Positions 45,989 to 56,137 of a stretch of 64,000 nucleotides of DNA are shown in pieces; position 1 is the stretch's first letter; each line of letters begins with the position of its first letter. The position numbers were made by a program, and so were the translations under genes. Location of the stretch: IMG/VR virus record IMGVR_UViG_2511231028_000004, positions 8,448 through 72,447 of that record. One strand, 5' to 3'. This DNA is from a virus (Duplodnaviria; Caudoviricetes). The notes under the pieces were generated by a model. It saw nothing but the letters and a program-made list of their open reading frames with translations, was not told where the DNA came from and made no database searches.

Positions 45989-46735
45989 ATGACCTTCGCC
46001 CCCGAATTCCCCCGCGCGCTGCTGCGCGAAAAGTCCCATGCGTGGAACCTCGCCGGCAACGCCGTGTCGGGTGGCCAGACCTCCGTCGGTCAATCCTATG
46101 CGACCTCGGACGGTGGCGGCTTCTGGACCTGCAAGATGTCGGACGTCTCGCTCTCAGGCGGCCGCAAGGGCATCGACAGGGGCCGCGACCGCCAGAAGGT
46201 GTCCACGCAGCTCTGGCGGGCCGTGCAGATGCTCGCCGACGGCGGGGCGGGGCAGCTGGTGGTGCCGCGCAATGACGCGCTGGTGCGGCCCTGGCCGCCG
46301 GGGTTCGCGGCAAGCTTCGGTGACGGCGTCCCGCATGACGACGACAGCCTGCTCGATGACGGCTCGGACTATTACCAGCAGGTGATCGACATCGTTGCCG
46401 CGGCCGCGGACCTGCGCGCCACCTCGCTCGACATCTCGATCGCGCTCGCCGGCGAGCTGCTCGGCGGCGAGGAGTTCTCGATCCGGCATCCGACCAAGGG
46501 CCCGCGGCTCTACCGCATTCGGACCGTCGAGATGATCTCGGTCGATGAGGCCACCATCACCATCCGCCCGCCGCTGCGCGAGGCGATCGAGGACGACACG
46601 CCGCTGGAATTCGACCGGCCGGTCTGCCTGATGCGGCTGGTCTCGCCGTCGTCGATGGACCTGACCGAGCAGCCTTGGACCTTCAACTCGGCGAGCGTCG
46701 ATTTCGTTGAGGATCTGCGGGACGTCGTGACGTGA
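45989..46735 (+). CDS. Distal tail-like protein
   Basis: First gene after the tape measure; ITIRPPLREA motif. Confidence 0.6.
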   Translation: MTFAPEFPRALLREKSHAWNLAGNAVSGGQTSVGQSYATSDGGGFWTCKMSDVSLSGGRKGIDRGRDRQKVSTQLWRAVQMLADGGAGQLVVPRNDALVRPWPPGFAASFGDGVPHDDDSLLDDGSDYYQQVIDIVAAAADLRATSLDISIALAGELLGGEEFSIRHPTKGPRLYRIRTVEMISVDEATITIRPPLREAIEDDTPLEFDRPVCLMRLVSPSSMDLTEQPWTFNSASVDFVEDLRDVVT

Positions 46736-47340
46736 CCTTCAACGAAGCGGAGCTCGCCGCGCTCGACAGCGGCGTCGCGCGGTTCGGCGACCTGTTCCGG
46801 CTGGAGGTCGACCCGGTGGCGCGGCTCTGGCTCGGCGCCGGCGATCTCGACGTCGGCACCAACGTCTATGACACCGCCGGCGGCATCTACAAGGGCCTCG
46901 GTCAGATCGGCCCCATCCCGGAATTCGACGCCATGATCAACGGCGCCGCCAGCCGGATCGAGGTGGTTTTGAGCGGCGTGTCCGGACAGATCGCCGAAGT
47001 CGCGCAGGGCGACGATACCGACCAGATCAAGAACAAGCGCGCCGCCTTCGGCTTCGTGCTGTTCGGCGACGATTTGCAGCCGCTCGGCTCTGCGCATTGG
47101 TATGCGCATTACCGCGCCGACGTGCTGTCCTCCGGCAGCGAGCCGGTGCTCGAGCCGACCGGCGTGCCGGTGCGCTGGATCAAGCTGTCCTGTGGCTCTC
47201 AGCTGACACGGCGGCGCAGGCCGGCGCGCAGCTACTTTTCGGACAAGGACCAGCAGGCCCGTTTCCCCGGCGATCTCTTCTGCTCGCTGACGCCGCGTTA
47301 CGTGACCGGATTCAACAAGCCATGGCCGGTGCTGGTGTGA
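46732..47340 (+). CDS. Tail tip/hub protein
   Basis: ARLWLGAGD...YKGLG, DQQARFPGDLFC. Confidence 0.6.
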   Translation: MTFNEAELAALDSGVARFGDLFRLEVDPVARLWLGAGDLDVGTNVYDTAGGIYKGLGQIGPIPEFDAMINGAASRIEVVLSGVSGQIAEVAQGDDTDQIKNKRAAFGFVLFGDDLQPLGSAHWYAHYRADVLSSGSEPVLEPTGVPVRWIKLSCGSQLTRRRRPARSYFSDKDQQARFPGDLFCSLTPRYVTGFNKPWPVLV

Positions 47341-47762
47341 GCCTTGCCGATTATCTCGACCGCGCGGCCGCGGGCCGCTTTCGCTATGGCGTGCTGGATT
47401 GCTGCACGCTGATGGCCGACTGGCTGTGCGCGCAGGGGCTTTGCGACGTGATGGCGGACCGCCGCGGCACCTACGCGACCATGGCCGCCTACAAGACGGC
47501 AATCCGCAGCGAGGGCGGCATGCTGGCATCCTGTCGCGCGCGCTTTGCGGCAGCCGGCCTTGTGGAGACCTGCGATCCGCAGCCCGGCGATGTCGCGCTG
47601 GTGCTGGCGCCGATCGGCCGGCGGCGTGACGGCCGCCTGGTCTCGGCGCCGACCGGGGCGATCTGCCTTGCCGGCGGCCTGCGCGCGATCGTCACCAGCG
47701 ACCAGGGCGTGATGGCCTTCGCCCTCCCGGTGGTCGCGGCCTGGAGCCTGCCGCATGGCTGA
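47337..47762 (+). CDS. NlpC/P60-like tail protein
   Basis: FRYGVLDCCTLMADW, PQPGDVA. Confidence 0.75.
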   Translation: MSLADYLDRAAAGRFRYGVLDCCTLMADWLCAQGLCDVMADRRGTYATMAAYKTAIRSEGGMLASCRARFAAAGLVETCDPQPGDVALVLAPIGRRRDGRLVSAPTGAICLAGGLRAIVTSDQGVMAFALPVVAAWSLPHG

Positions 47763-49329
47763 GACGGTCGGACTTCTGATCCTCTCGGCCGCGGGCGCGA
47801 CCGAGGCCGCCAGCGGCTTTGGCGCCGCGGCGGTGACGCTGGAGATCGCCGGCACGACCATCAGCGCGGCCTCGATCGTCGGGGCGGCTGCGATCACGGC
47901 GGCCTCGATCGGGCTGTCCTATGCGCTTGCGCCGTCGCCCGACGTGCCCAAGCCGGAAAACGGCTCGCAGGCGATCCGCCAGGCCGTGCCGCCGCGGGTG
48001 CGCGGCTATGGCCGCAACCGGATGGCCGGGGCCTATATGTTCTTCGAGGCTGGCGGCGCGCCGCCGAACACGTCCTATGACGTGATCGCGTACCATCACG
48101 GCGAGATCGAGCGCATCGCCGGGGTCTATCTCAACGACGACAGCGTCACCGCCAACATCGACTTCAACAATTTCGGAACGCTGCTGACGGTCAACCCGAC
48201 CGCCGACGGCTACTATGGCGGTGGGCACGTGACGCTGGAATTGTGGAAAGGGACCACGCCGCAGCCGGCCTCCAGCTTCCTCGGCCCGCTCAGCCCGTGG
48301 TCGCCAGCCTTCCACGGTCACGGCATCGCCTATCTGGTGTGCGCGGCCTCGGCGCCGTCGGACCCGACGGATTTCACGAAGTTCTTTCCACACCAGAAGC
48401 CCGAACCGTCGGTCGTCGCCGATTGCGCGCTGGTATGGGACCCTCGCGATCCCGAGCAGGACCGCGAGGACCCCTCGACCTGGCCGCGGACGATCGACAA
48501 CCCCGTCATCGGCCTGATCGATTATCTGACGGGCGATCCGGAGGTGACCGGCGGCCCCGGCCTCGATTACGACATCGCGGTCGCGCCGGTGCTGGACCAG
48601 CTGCTGATCGAAGCCTCGCTCTGCGATGACACCATCGCAGGCGAACCGCGCTACGCCTGCAATGGCTGGTACCAGCTGACCAACAATCCGGAAGACGTCA
48701 TCGGCAAGTTCCTTGCCACCTGCGACGGCTGGCTCTCGGAAGGTGGCGACGGCACCATCGCGTTGACCGTCGGCTATTATCGCGAGCCGGCCGAGCCGCC
48801 GCTGACCGACCGGCACATCGTCGGATGGTCGGTCGAGAACGGCGTCGCCGAAGAGAGCCTGATCAACCATCTCGACATCACCATCACCGACCCTGCGCAG
48901 AAATACGTCTCGGCGCCGATCGACCCGGTCGAGGATGAGGAGTCCATCGCGATCTACGGCAAGCACGATCAGCCGCTCGATCTCAGCTGGGTGCAGTCGG
49001 AGGCACAGGGAGGACGGCTCGGCCGCCGCGGCATGCTGCGGCTCAATACCAAGGCGAGCGGCACGCTGGTGACCGATCTCTATGGCCTCGTCTACATCGG
49101 CAAGCGCTGGGTGCGGGTGCAGGATCCGCGCATCCGCGTGCTCAATGATGCCGTGATCGAGATCCAGTCCGCCACCATCCGCCGCGCGGACGGCCAGGTG
49201 GTGTTCGGCTGGAAGCTCGTCGATGTCTCGCAGCTCGAGGAAAGCATCGCGCTGCCGAAAATGTACCGCCAGGACGGCTCGTTCCTGGTCCGCCAGGACG
49301 GCTCCGTTTTCACAAGGCAAGCAGCATGA
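47755..49329 (+). CDS. Tail tip (central fibre/Tal-like) protein
   Basis: RVRGYGRNRMAG, WDPRD...DNPVIGLIDY, RYACNGW. Confidence 0.78.
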   Translation: MAETVGLLILSAAGATEAASGFGAAAVTLEIAGTTISAASIVGAAAITAASIGLSYALAPSPDVPKPENGSQAIRQAVPPRVRGYGRNRMAGAYMFFEAGGAPPNTSYDVIAYHHGEIERIAGVYLNDDSVTANIDFNNFGTLLTVNPTADGYYGGGHVTLELWKGTTPQPASSFLGPLSPWSPAFHGHGIAYLVCAASAPSDPTDFTKFFPHQKPEPSVVADCALVWDPRDPEQDREDPSTWPRTIDNPVIGLIDYLTGDPEVTGGPGLDYDIAVAPVLDQLLIEASLCDDTIAGEPRYACNGWYQLTNNPEDVIGKFLATCDGWLSEGGDGTIALTVGYYREPAEPPLTDRHIVGWSVENGVAEESLINHLDITITDPAQKYVSAPIDPVEDEESIAIYGKHDQPLDLSWVQSEAQGGRLGRRGMLRLNTKASGTLVTDLYGLVYIGKRWVRVQDPRIRVLNDAVIEIQSATIRRADGQVVFGWKLVDVSQLEESIALPKMYRQDGSFLVRQDGSVFTRQAA

Positions 49330-51260
49330 CCGGCAAGATTTGGGACGATCCGGACAAGCCGTCGCTGGACGGCACCGAGAAGGTGGCCCTGGTCACCGAG
49401 GCAGACAATTACGGCAGCTTGCTCTCGACCATCGCGGCCTGGCTGGCGGGTCTGGCGCAGACGCTGACCAACAAGACGATCGACGCCGCCAGCAACACGG
49501 TCTCGAACATCACCACCGCGATGTTTGAGGCCAATGCCGTCGACACCGACGCCACGCTGGCCGCCAACAGCGACACGCGGCTTGCCTCGCAGAAGGCGGT
49601 GAAGACCTATATCGGCAACCGGCGCCTCGACCAAGCGGCGCTGCCGACCGCCGACGTCTCGCTCAACAGCCACAAGCTGACCAATGTCACGGACCCGACC
49701 GGCGCGCAGGACGCGGCGACCAAGAACTACGTCGACACGGTCGCGCAGGGGCTCGATACCAAGCCGAGCGTCAAGGCGGCAACCACGGCCAACATCACGC
49801 TGTCGGGCACGCAGACCGTCGACGGTGTCGCGCTGGTGGTGGCAGATCGCTGCCTGGTCAAGAACCAGTCGACGGCCTCGCAGAACGGCATCTATGTCGT
49901 TGCGTCGGGCTCATGGACGCGTGCGACCGACGCCGACGCGTGGACCGAGCTGCCCGGCGCCTATGTGTTCGTCGAGCAGGGCACGGTCAATGCCGATACC
50001 GGCTGGGTCTGCACGGTCGACCAGGGCGGCACGCTCGGCAGCACCTCCGTCACGTTCTCGCAATTCTCCGGCGTTGGCGCGTATGTCGCCGGGCCCGGTT
50101 CGTCGACGTCGGGCAACATCGCGACCTTCAACGGCACGACCGGGCGCACGATTCAGGACAGTGGCGTTGCCTTCTCGACGGACGGCACTTTCGCCAGCAA
50201 CAGCGACGCGAAGGCCCCGACCGAGAAGGCCGTCAAGACCTACGCCGATGCGAGGGCGGTCATCGGCAAGAATTATCTGTTCAATCCTTCCGGGGAGCTG
50301 GCGCAGCGTGGCGTTACGTCGGCGGCCGATGCGACCTATGATTTCGACCGATGGCTGACACTGACGCAGTCCAATCCGGTCACGCCGTCGAGCGTGTCGG
50401 ACGCCGAGAACGCCACGCCCTTCATGATGCGCTCGCTGCAAGCCAATGCGTCGGCGCAGCGGTTTGGCCGTATCCAGTGGATCGAAAAGGCGCTGTGCCG
50501 CGATTTGCGTGGCCAGGCAGTGTCGCTGTCCGCACGGGTGCGGATGTCAGCCTCGACCACGCTGCGCTATGCCGTGGTGGAATGGACCGGCACCGCCGAC
50601 ACCATCACCAAGGACATCGTCAACGATTGGACATCGGGCACCTTCACGACCGGGAATTTTTTCACCTCGACCACGACGACGGTCGTCGGTACCGGCTCGA
50701 TCGCGCTGACCGCGAACACCTTCGCCGACATCTCTGCTGCGGCGCTCGGCACGGTGTCGGGGTCGATGAACAATCTGGCCGTGTTCTTCTGGACCGACTC
50801 GACGCAGGCACAGAACGTCACGCTGGATATCGCCAAGGTGAAGCTGGAAAAGGGCTCGCTCTGCACGGGGTTCGTTTCGCCCGACATGGCGGCGGTGGTC
50901 GCGGCTTGTCAGCGCTATTACGAAAAATCCTACAATCTCTCGGTGGCGCCGGCCACTGCGTCGGTGCCGGCCGGTCTCAATGCGATCTGCGTCAATTCGA
51001 ACACGATCGTGAACGGTCAGAGCATGGGGTCGCGCGAGTTTCAGGTCCGCAAGATGAAGGCCCCGACCGTGACCGTCTACGGATACCAGGGCGGCTCCGG
51101 CAAGGTCTCTGACGCCACACCGACGGATCTTGCCGCAAGCTCCGGTTCGACAGGTCTTGTCGGAGAACGCAGCTTCAACGTCACCAATGGCAGCGGCGGA
51201 TCGATCACCACCACCAACAACGTCGTGGTGTTTCACTTCGCGGCTGACGCCGAGCTCTAA
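49326..51260 (+). CDS. Tail fibre protein
   Basis: DAATKNYVD, VKAATTANITLSG...LVKNQ...QNGIY, C-terminal KLEKGS...ACQRYYEKSY...FHFAADAEL. Confidence 0.82.
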   Translation: MTGKIWDDPDKPSLDGTEKVALVTEADNYGSLLSTIAAWLAGLAQTLTNKTIDAASNTVSNITTAMFEANAVDTDATLAANSDTRLASQKAVKTYIGNRRLDQAALPTADVSLNSHKLTNVTDPTGAQDAATKNYVDTVAQGLDTKPSVKAATTANITLSGTQTVDGVALVVADRCLVKNQSTASQNGIYVVASGSWTRATDADAWTELPGAYVFVEQGTVNADTGWVCTVDQGGTLGSTSVTFSQFSGVGAYVAGPGSSTSGNIATFNGTTGRTIQDSGVAFSTDGTFASNSDAKAPTEKAVKTYADARAVIGKNYLFNPSGELAQRGVTSAADATYDFDRWLTLTQSNPVTPSSVSDAENATPFMMRSLQANASAQRFGRIQWIEKALCRDLRGQAVSLSARVRMSASTTLRYAVVEWTGTADTITKDIVNDWTSGTFTTGNFFTSTTTTVVGTGSIALTANTFADISAAALGTVSGSMNNLAVFFWTDSTQAQNVTLDIAKVKLEKGSLCTGFVSPDMAAVVAACQRYYEKSYNLSVAPATASVPAGLNAICVNSNTIVNGQSMGSREFQVRKMKAPTVTVYGYQGGSGKVSDATPTDLAASSGSTGLVGERSFNVTNGSGGSITTTNNVVVFHFAADAEL

Positions 51261-51299
51261 CGCTCGCCCTTTAACCTCCCTGACAGACGAGAGACACGC

Positions 51300-53420
51300 A
51301 TGCTGATGCAGAGCGCGAAAGAGATCTGGCGCAAATACGTCACCGATGGCGTGCCGGCGTCCGGCGTCAACAAGGTCAGCAAATCGGCAAATTCGATCTG
51401 GGGCACATGGGTCGAGACCATGCTGCAAACCGGCATCGCCGGGCTGATGTACGGCACGCTGGCCGAACTCGCCGCCGACCTCAACCACGGTGCCAATACC
51501 TCGGCGGCCGTCTACAACGACGCGACGCCGGCGAACAATGGCCTGTATCAGAAGGTCGGCGCCTCCGGCGCCGGCTCATGGACACGTGTCGGCGACCTGC
51601 CGATCGCGATCGTGCCGCTCACCGTCACCGGCGGCACCGCCAATGCCATTGTCGCGACGGCGCCCGAAACGCCGCAGATGCCCGGACGCAAGCTGTTCGT
51701 GCTGACACCGACGGCGAACAATTCCGGCGCGACCACGCTGGCGTATAACGGCCAATCGGCACTGCCGATCAAGTCGGCGTTCGGCGACCCGCTGATCGGC
51801 GGCGAGCTGCTGAACGGCAGCCCGATCGTGATGCTCGGCGCCAGCGATCACTTCACGCTGCTGCTGTCGACCAATGTCGACGCCGACGGCATTCTTGCTG
51901 CGGCGGTCGCTGCGCGGGATGACGCGGCTGCTTCGGCCGCTGCGGCCGCGTCAGCTGCCTCGGTGCTCGGCAACCAGGTGCATCAGTACGACACCCGCGC
52001 CGCGGCGATCGCCGCGACCGTGCCGGCCGGCGTCAATTTCATCCGGACGCTGGCCTATGATTCCTCGTTCACGGAGAACAGCGGCGCGCTGTTCAAGCGC
52101 GTGGCGGCGGGGACGCCGTTCACGGATACGTGGCCGTTGACTGGGACGATCGTGGGCGGAACGACGGCGGCGCCGGACGGCACCTATTATTTTGGCCTTC
52201 TGAGCGGCTCGGCGACGGGCTCGGGGCTTTGTGCGACCATCACCGTCGCCGGTGGCACGATCACGGCTGTCGATCATTCGACCCAGCCCGGCAACGCCTA
52301 CAAGGTCGGCGACGTCATCACGATTGGAAGCATTGTCGCAGCCGACCTTGTGACCGCCTACTCGGTCACGGGCTTTTCCTACACGATCGCGACGATCTCC
52401 TCGCCGCTCGCCAGCTTCGTCAACACCCACGATTCCAGCCGCTGGCAGTACCTGGAGAGCAAGGGCTGTCCGCACGTCAACGAGTTTGGCGCCAATGCGA
52501 ACTGGATCAGTACGGATACCGGTACCACCAATAATTTTGCAGCGTTCCAGGCTGCGCTGTTTTATGCGGCCTGCAACTTGACGGGCACCGCCGAAGGCGG
52601 CGGCGGCTATCAGGGTCACTTCGTGAAGGCCGGCCGCGGCAGCTACATGATCCGGCATCCGTCGAACCTAGTGTCTCTGATCATTCCGAACGGCGTCACT
52701 CTGGAAGGCGTCGGCGGCACAATGATCAAAATTCACGATTCCTGGTATCCCGCGACGCATTGCATCTGCCTAGGAAACCCGAACGCACATTTTGCAAACT
52801 TCCGTTGTGGTATGCGCCACCTCGGCGTTGCCTTCACGCGCGGCATTTCAGTCGCCGTTGGCACATACATGGTGTACGGCAACAACAACCAAGATGGTGG
52901 CGGCCTCGACGAGGTATTTCTTTACACGGGACAGTTCGGCGGAATCAAATACGAGAAAGGCTACGGCGGCGCGTCAACAGTAAAGTTCCACAATCTCAAC
53001 TTCAGTTGCGAAGGCGTAAATCCTGCGTTCGAATGCAATGTTGGCACCACACTTGTTGATTGTCGAACCTGGTCTGTCAACGCGCCGTCGTCGGGCACGA
53101 ACACCACGAGCGCTGGAATCGTGCTTTCGGGCACGGGCGGAATTTATAGTTTTGAAGGCATCCATTTGGAGGGCTTCAACGACTGTGGGTTCACCGTCGA
53201 CCTGCGTTCTGGCAACAACCCCAACGTCGCCTTCAAGGGAATTACCGGGGGACTGAGCATCGATTGGCTTTTTATCATCCAAGGCACGTCGCAGTCCGGC
53301 AGCTTCTCGTTCGAGCGATGCATCAAGAACAATGGCGCCGCGACAGGCCTGATCAACAACGGGCTCGGATCGTCCCGGACTGATGACATCCGGGCCGGCG
53401 ACGGTGTCTTTACGATTTGA
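51300..53420 (+). CDS. Tailspike / depolymerase-like protein (probable beta-helix)
   Basis: IWRKYVTDGVP N-terminus, VNEFGA...TNNFAAFQAAL entry motif, Gly/Asn-rich lower-GC C-terminus. Confidence 0.75.
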   Translation: MLMQSAKEIWRKYVTDGVPASGVNKVSKSANSIWGTWVETMLQTGIAGLMYGTLAELAADLNHGANTSAAVYNDATPANNGLYQKVGASGAGSWTRVGDLPIAIVPLTVTGGTANAIVATAPETPQMPGRKLFVLTPTANNSGATTLAYNGQSALPIKSAFGDPLIGGELLNGSPIVMLGASDHFTLLLSTNVDADGILAAAVAARDDAAASAAAAASAASVLGNQVHQYDTRAAAIAATVPAGVNFIRTLAYDSSFTENSGALFKRVAAGTPFTDTWPLTGTIVGGTTAAPDGTYYFGLLSGSATGSGLCATITVAGGTITAVDHSTQPGNAYKVGDVITIGSIVAADLVTAYSVTGFSYTIATISSPLASFVNTHDSSRWQYLESKGCPHVNEFGANANWISTDTGTTNNFAAFQAALFYAACNLTGTAEGGGGYQGHFVKAGRGSYMIRHPSNLVSLIIPNGVTLEGVGGTMIKIHDSWYPATHCICLGNPNAHFANFRCGMRHLGVAFTRGISVAVGTYMVYGNNNQDGGGLDEVFLYTGQFGGIKYEKGYGGASTVKFHNLNFSCEGVNPAFECNVGTTLVDCRTWSVNAPSSGTNTTSAGIVLSGTGGIYSFEGIHLEGFNDCGFTVDLRSGNNPNVAFKGITGGLSIDWLFIIQGTSQSGSFSFERCIKNNGAATGLINNGLGSSRTDDIRAGDGVFTI

Positions 53421-53535
53421 ATAGCGGCGCGCGCCAATGACTATAGGTTGTGGAACTCTCACGAGCCATCCGTTCTACCTGCTTGACAGCAGGCAGAACG
53501 GATCAGCTAATGGTTGCATGGGGCGAGAACTATCG

Positions 53536-55605
53536 ATGACAGGCGGAAGGCGCGGGGCGTGGCTTGCCCTCGCGCTCGTCGTCTTCGTCAGCTTGTTCAT
53601 GTTCCAGCGCCACGTCGGCCGCTATCCCTACTACGCGCTCGACGACATGGATCAGCTGACCGCCCTCGATGTCCTGCTGATCAGAGGCGGGACCTTGCCG
53701 GATCACGTCACGCATCCGACGGCCGGCATGTACGTATTCCTGACCTTGACCCACCGGATCGGATATTTGCTGGGTTTGCTGCATTTGCACGATTTCCGGT
53801 TCCTCGACCACTGGGCAAACCCGCTGCTCGGGACGGCTGAGCTGATCGACTTCCTCCGGGCTCACCTGCCGTTTCTAGCCATCGGCAGTTCGCTGTTGCT
53901 GGCGTTGGCCGTTACCTCAGCTGTCGGGGCCGGGCCGTGGATGGTGATTATAATCTTCCTGTGTATCGCGGTCTCGCGAGCACTTGCCTTCCACACGATC
54001 ATCTTCCGAACCGACAGCTTCGCGCTGTTTTATGCGGCTGCGGCCGCTTCACTCGCTGTGTGGGCAGTTCAGCGGCGTGGATGGGTCGCAGTTGCGCTCG
54101 CCGTCTGCAGCGGCATTGCCGGTGGTTTCGCCTTCACGTCAAAGCTCACGATCGTGCCGACAGTCGCCCTCGCGCCGGCCCTGGTTCTGTTCATGATGGT
54201 GAGGCGCGACCAGGCCTTTACCGGAGCCTTCCATGCGACGCGGCGTTTCAACGCCATCGTGTGCATCACTGCGGTGGCCGTCTATGTCGTCTTGCTGGGA
54301 CTGTCGCAAATCCCGATGGCCTCGACCTTCATCCACACCCGCATCTCGTTTCACAATTACGCGCTTTGCGCGGCGGCCTTGCTGGCGATCGCCGGGCCCG
54401 GCATTGCCACACGTATCCTGCCTGAGCGCTCGGTGTTCTACCGCTTCTTTTCGTTCGCCAACCTGATGGCGCTGGGGTTTACACTGTCTTTCCTGGCCCT
54501 GTGGTTCGTCATGCTGAGCCCAAGCGGCGGCGTGCGGTTCGTTGCAGCGCTTGCGCGCATCTGTTTCCTCGGTGTCATCGATCCCGCTCTCGCGCCGGGC
54601 TATGCCGGCTTCTGGGAACAAGTCTCAAGCTCGCCCTTTTTGCTGCTGCCGCCGCTCGTCCTGTTCCTGTTGCTTGGCATCCTGTCCCTTGCTTCGCTAC
54701 GAGAGTTAGGAGCGCTGACGGTAATCGGCCTGCTGGTCGTGGTTTCAATTCTCTGGTTCGACCGGATGATCATTCATCAGGACGGGATCTATACCGAGCC
54801 TCTGTTGCTGGCACTTTTCGGCCTGATGCTGTCAATGGCTTGGCCAAGGGGTGGTCTGCCAGTTCGTGCAATCGCGGCCGTCTGCGTCGTGATTCTTCTC
54901 GCCCGCGGTGCAGCGCAGGGTGAGATCTCGGAGCTGATGGATGCGGGTTATGCCGGTTACTTCAAGGAGAGCCGGCAGATTATGACGCCGTACCAGACAG
55001 GCAATCAGCAGCAAATCCAGGATGCGCTGGGACAGGCGCTGGTCAGGGATAGCAGCACGGGGCACGTCGTCTCCGGCCATGCGCGTGAATTGATCTACGC
55101 TCAGGCTGCTGACTATCGCGAGGTCGCAACCAGGGTATCCTATGTTGTTCCGAACCTTGGCCGTATCGACTGGAGCAGGATCGGTGTGCTTGGAGAAGGT
55201 CTCAAGCCCTTCGGGCAGACACGCCGAGAGCTCTGGTTTACCAGTGTCCCGCGCGAACTCGAGGGCGCTATTATCTACACGCCGCCCGACGATCGGGTAG
55301 AGCGCCCCGGCGCCGACTGGCTTAGGATGATTCTTACCTATTGCGGCTTGTACGATCAGGAAATCGACGCATGGGTGCGATCGCGCACCGAGATGATACG
55401 ACCGCGCTCAGACATGAACGTGCTGGTGTTCGTGCCTGCTGATAAAAGAGAGAGCTTCGCGCTGTCGCCAACGGCGCCCATCGTCGGCACCACCGAGCAC
55501 CTCTACGTCGGTGTAGTAGTCCCCATCAACGCTCCCGGCGATCTGCTTCGCCGCCTAAAGCTCGAAAGCGACCGCTTTGTCGTCATCGGGCGCAGGTTCG
55601 GGTAG
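53536..55605 (+). CDS. Multi-pass membrane protein, putative GT-C glycosyltransferase (moron)
   Basis: More than 10 hydrophobic segments, acidic ALDDMD in the first loop, HPT motif, SK motif; lower GC. Confidence 0.6.
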   Translation: MTGGRRGAWLALALVVFVSLFMFQRHVGRYPYYALDDMDQLTALDVLLIRGGTLPDHVTHPTAGMYVFLTLTHRIGYLLGLLHLHDFRFLDHWANPLLGTAELIDFLRAHLPFLAIGSSLLLALAVTSAVGAGPWMVIIIFLCIAVSRALAFHTIIFRTDSFALFYAAAAASLAVWAVQRRGWVAVALAVCSGIAGGFAFTSKLTIVPTVALAPALVLFMMVRRDQAFTGAFHATRRFNAIVCITAVAVYVVLLGLSQIPMASTFIHTRISFHNYALCAAALLAIAGPGIATRILPERSVFYRFFSFANLMALGFTLSFLALWFVMLSPSGGVRFVAALARICFLGVIDPALAPGYAGFWEQVSSSPFLLLPPLVLFLLLGILSLASLRELGALTVIGLLVVVSILWFDRMIIHQDGIYTEPLLLALFGLMLSMAWPRGGLPVRAIAAVCVVILLARGAAQGEISELMDAGYAGYFKESRQIMTPYQTGNQQQIQDALGQALVRDSSTGHVVSGHARELIYAQAADYREVATRVSYVVPNLGRIDWSRIGVLGEGLKPFGQTRRELWFTSVPRELEGAIIYTPPDDRVERPGADWLRMILTYCGLYDQEIDAWVRSRTEMIRPRSDMNVLVFVPADKRESFALSPTAPIVGTTEHLYVGVVVPINAPGDLLRRLKLESDRFVVIGRRFG

Positions 55606-55609
55606 TGCC

Positions 55610-56014
55610 GTGCCAAGGGTTGCAGTCCAGCCGGTGCTTGCTGGTCTCGCAATAGCGCTCGGCGGTTGTGGCTTTGCCGACAGTCACGCTCCACTCCCTT
55701 CTTTTATGCGCATCAAGGAAGCCGGGCCTGCAACTCCCGAACCTGCACCAGATGTCAAGATCGTCGTGCGTGGGCAGATGGAGATCGTCTTTCTCGCAAC
55801 GTCCTATCCGCGCGATGTGCGCGTTGCGACGCCCCGTCGCGCGGTCCGCGGGCCGGGATGGACGGCCTGCGTGCAGGCTCAGTTGACCTCCGCGATCGGT
55901 TCACCGCTGGGCGTACAAACTTATATCGTGACGATCGTCGACGGGAAGATCGTCGATCGCCGCCGCGCAGAGGTCGATGATACCTGCGGCTCGGAAACGT
56001 TCGAGCCGATCTGA
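55610..56014 (+). CDS. Putative lipoprotein
   Basis: LAIALGGC lipobox; GTG start approximate. Confidence 0.6.
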   Translation: MPRVAVQPVLAGLAIALGGCGFADSHAPLPSFMRIKEAGPATPEPAPDVKIVVRGQMEIVFLATSYPRDVRVATPRRAVRGPGWTACVQAQLTSAIGSPLGVQTYIVTIVDGKIVDRRRAEVDDTCGSETFEPI

Positions 56015-56137
56015 GCTGCGCCCGCGGCTCTCGCACCAAGACCACTCGCACTCAAACACATTTTGAGAGGCTCACAACATGCCCGACCTGCATGGCATTT
56101 GGCGCGCCCTGATGCGCCCGACCAGGAGTTAACCGAT

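Noticed and set aside
47755-53420. A second VR in tail fibre or spike genes
   Set aside because: No TR-like sequence or IMH seen by eye at their 3' ends; a BLASTN of the TR is needed to exclude a diverged copy
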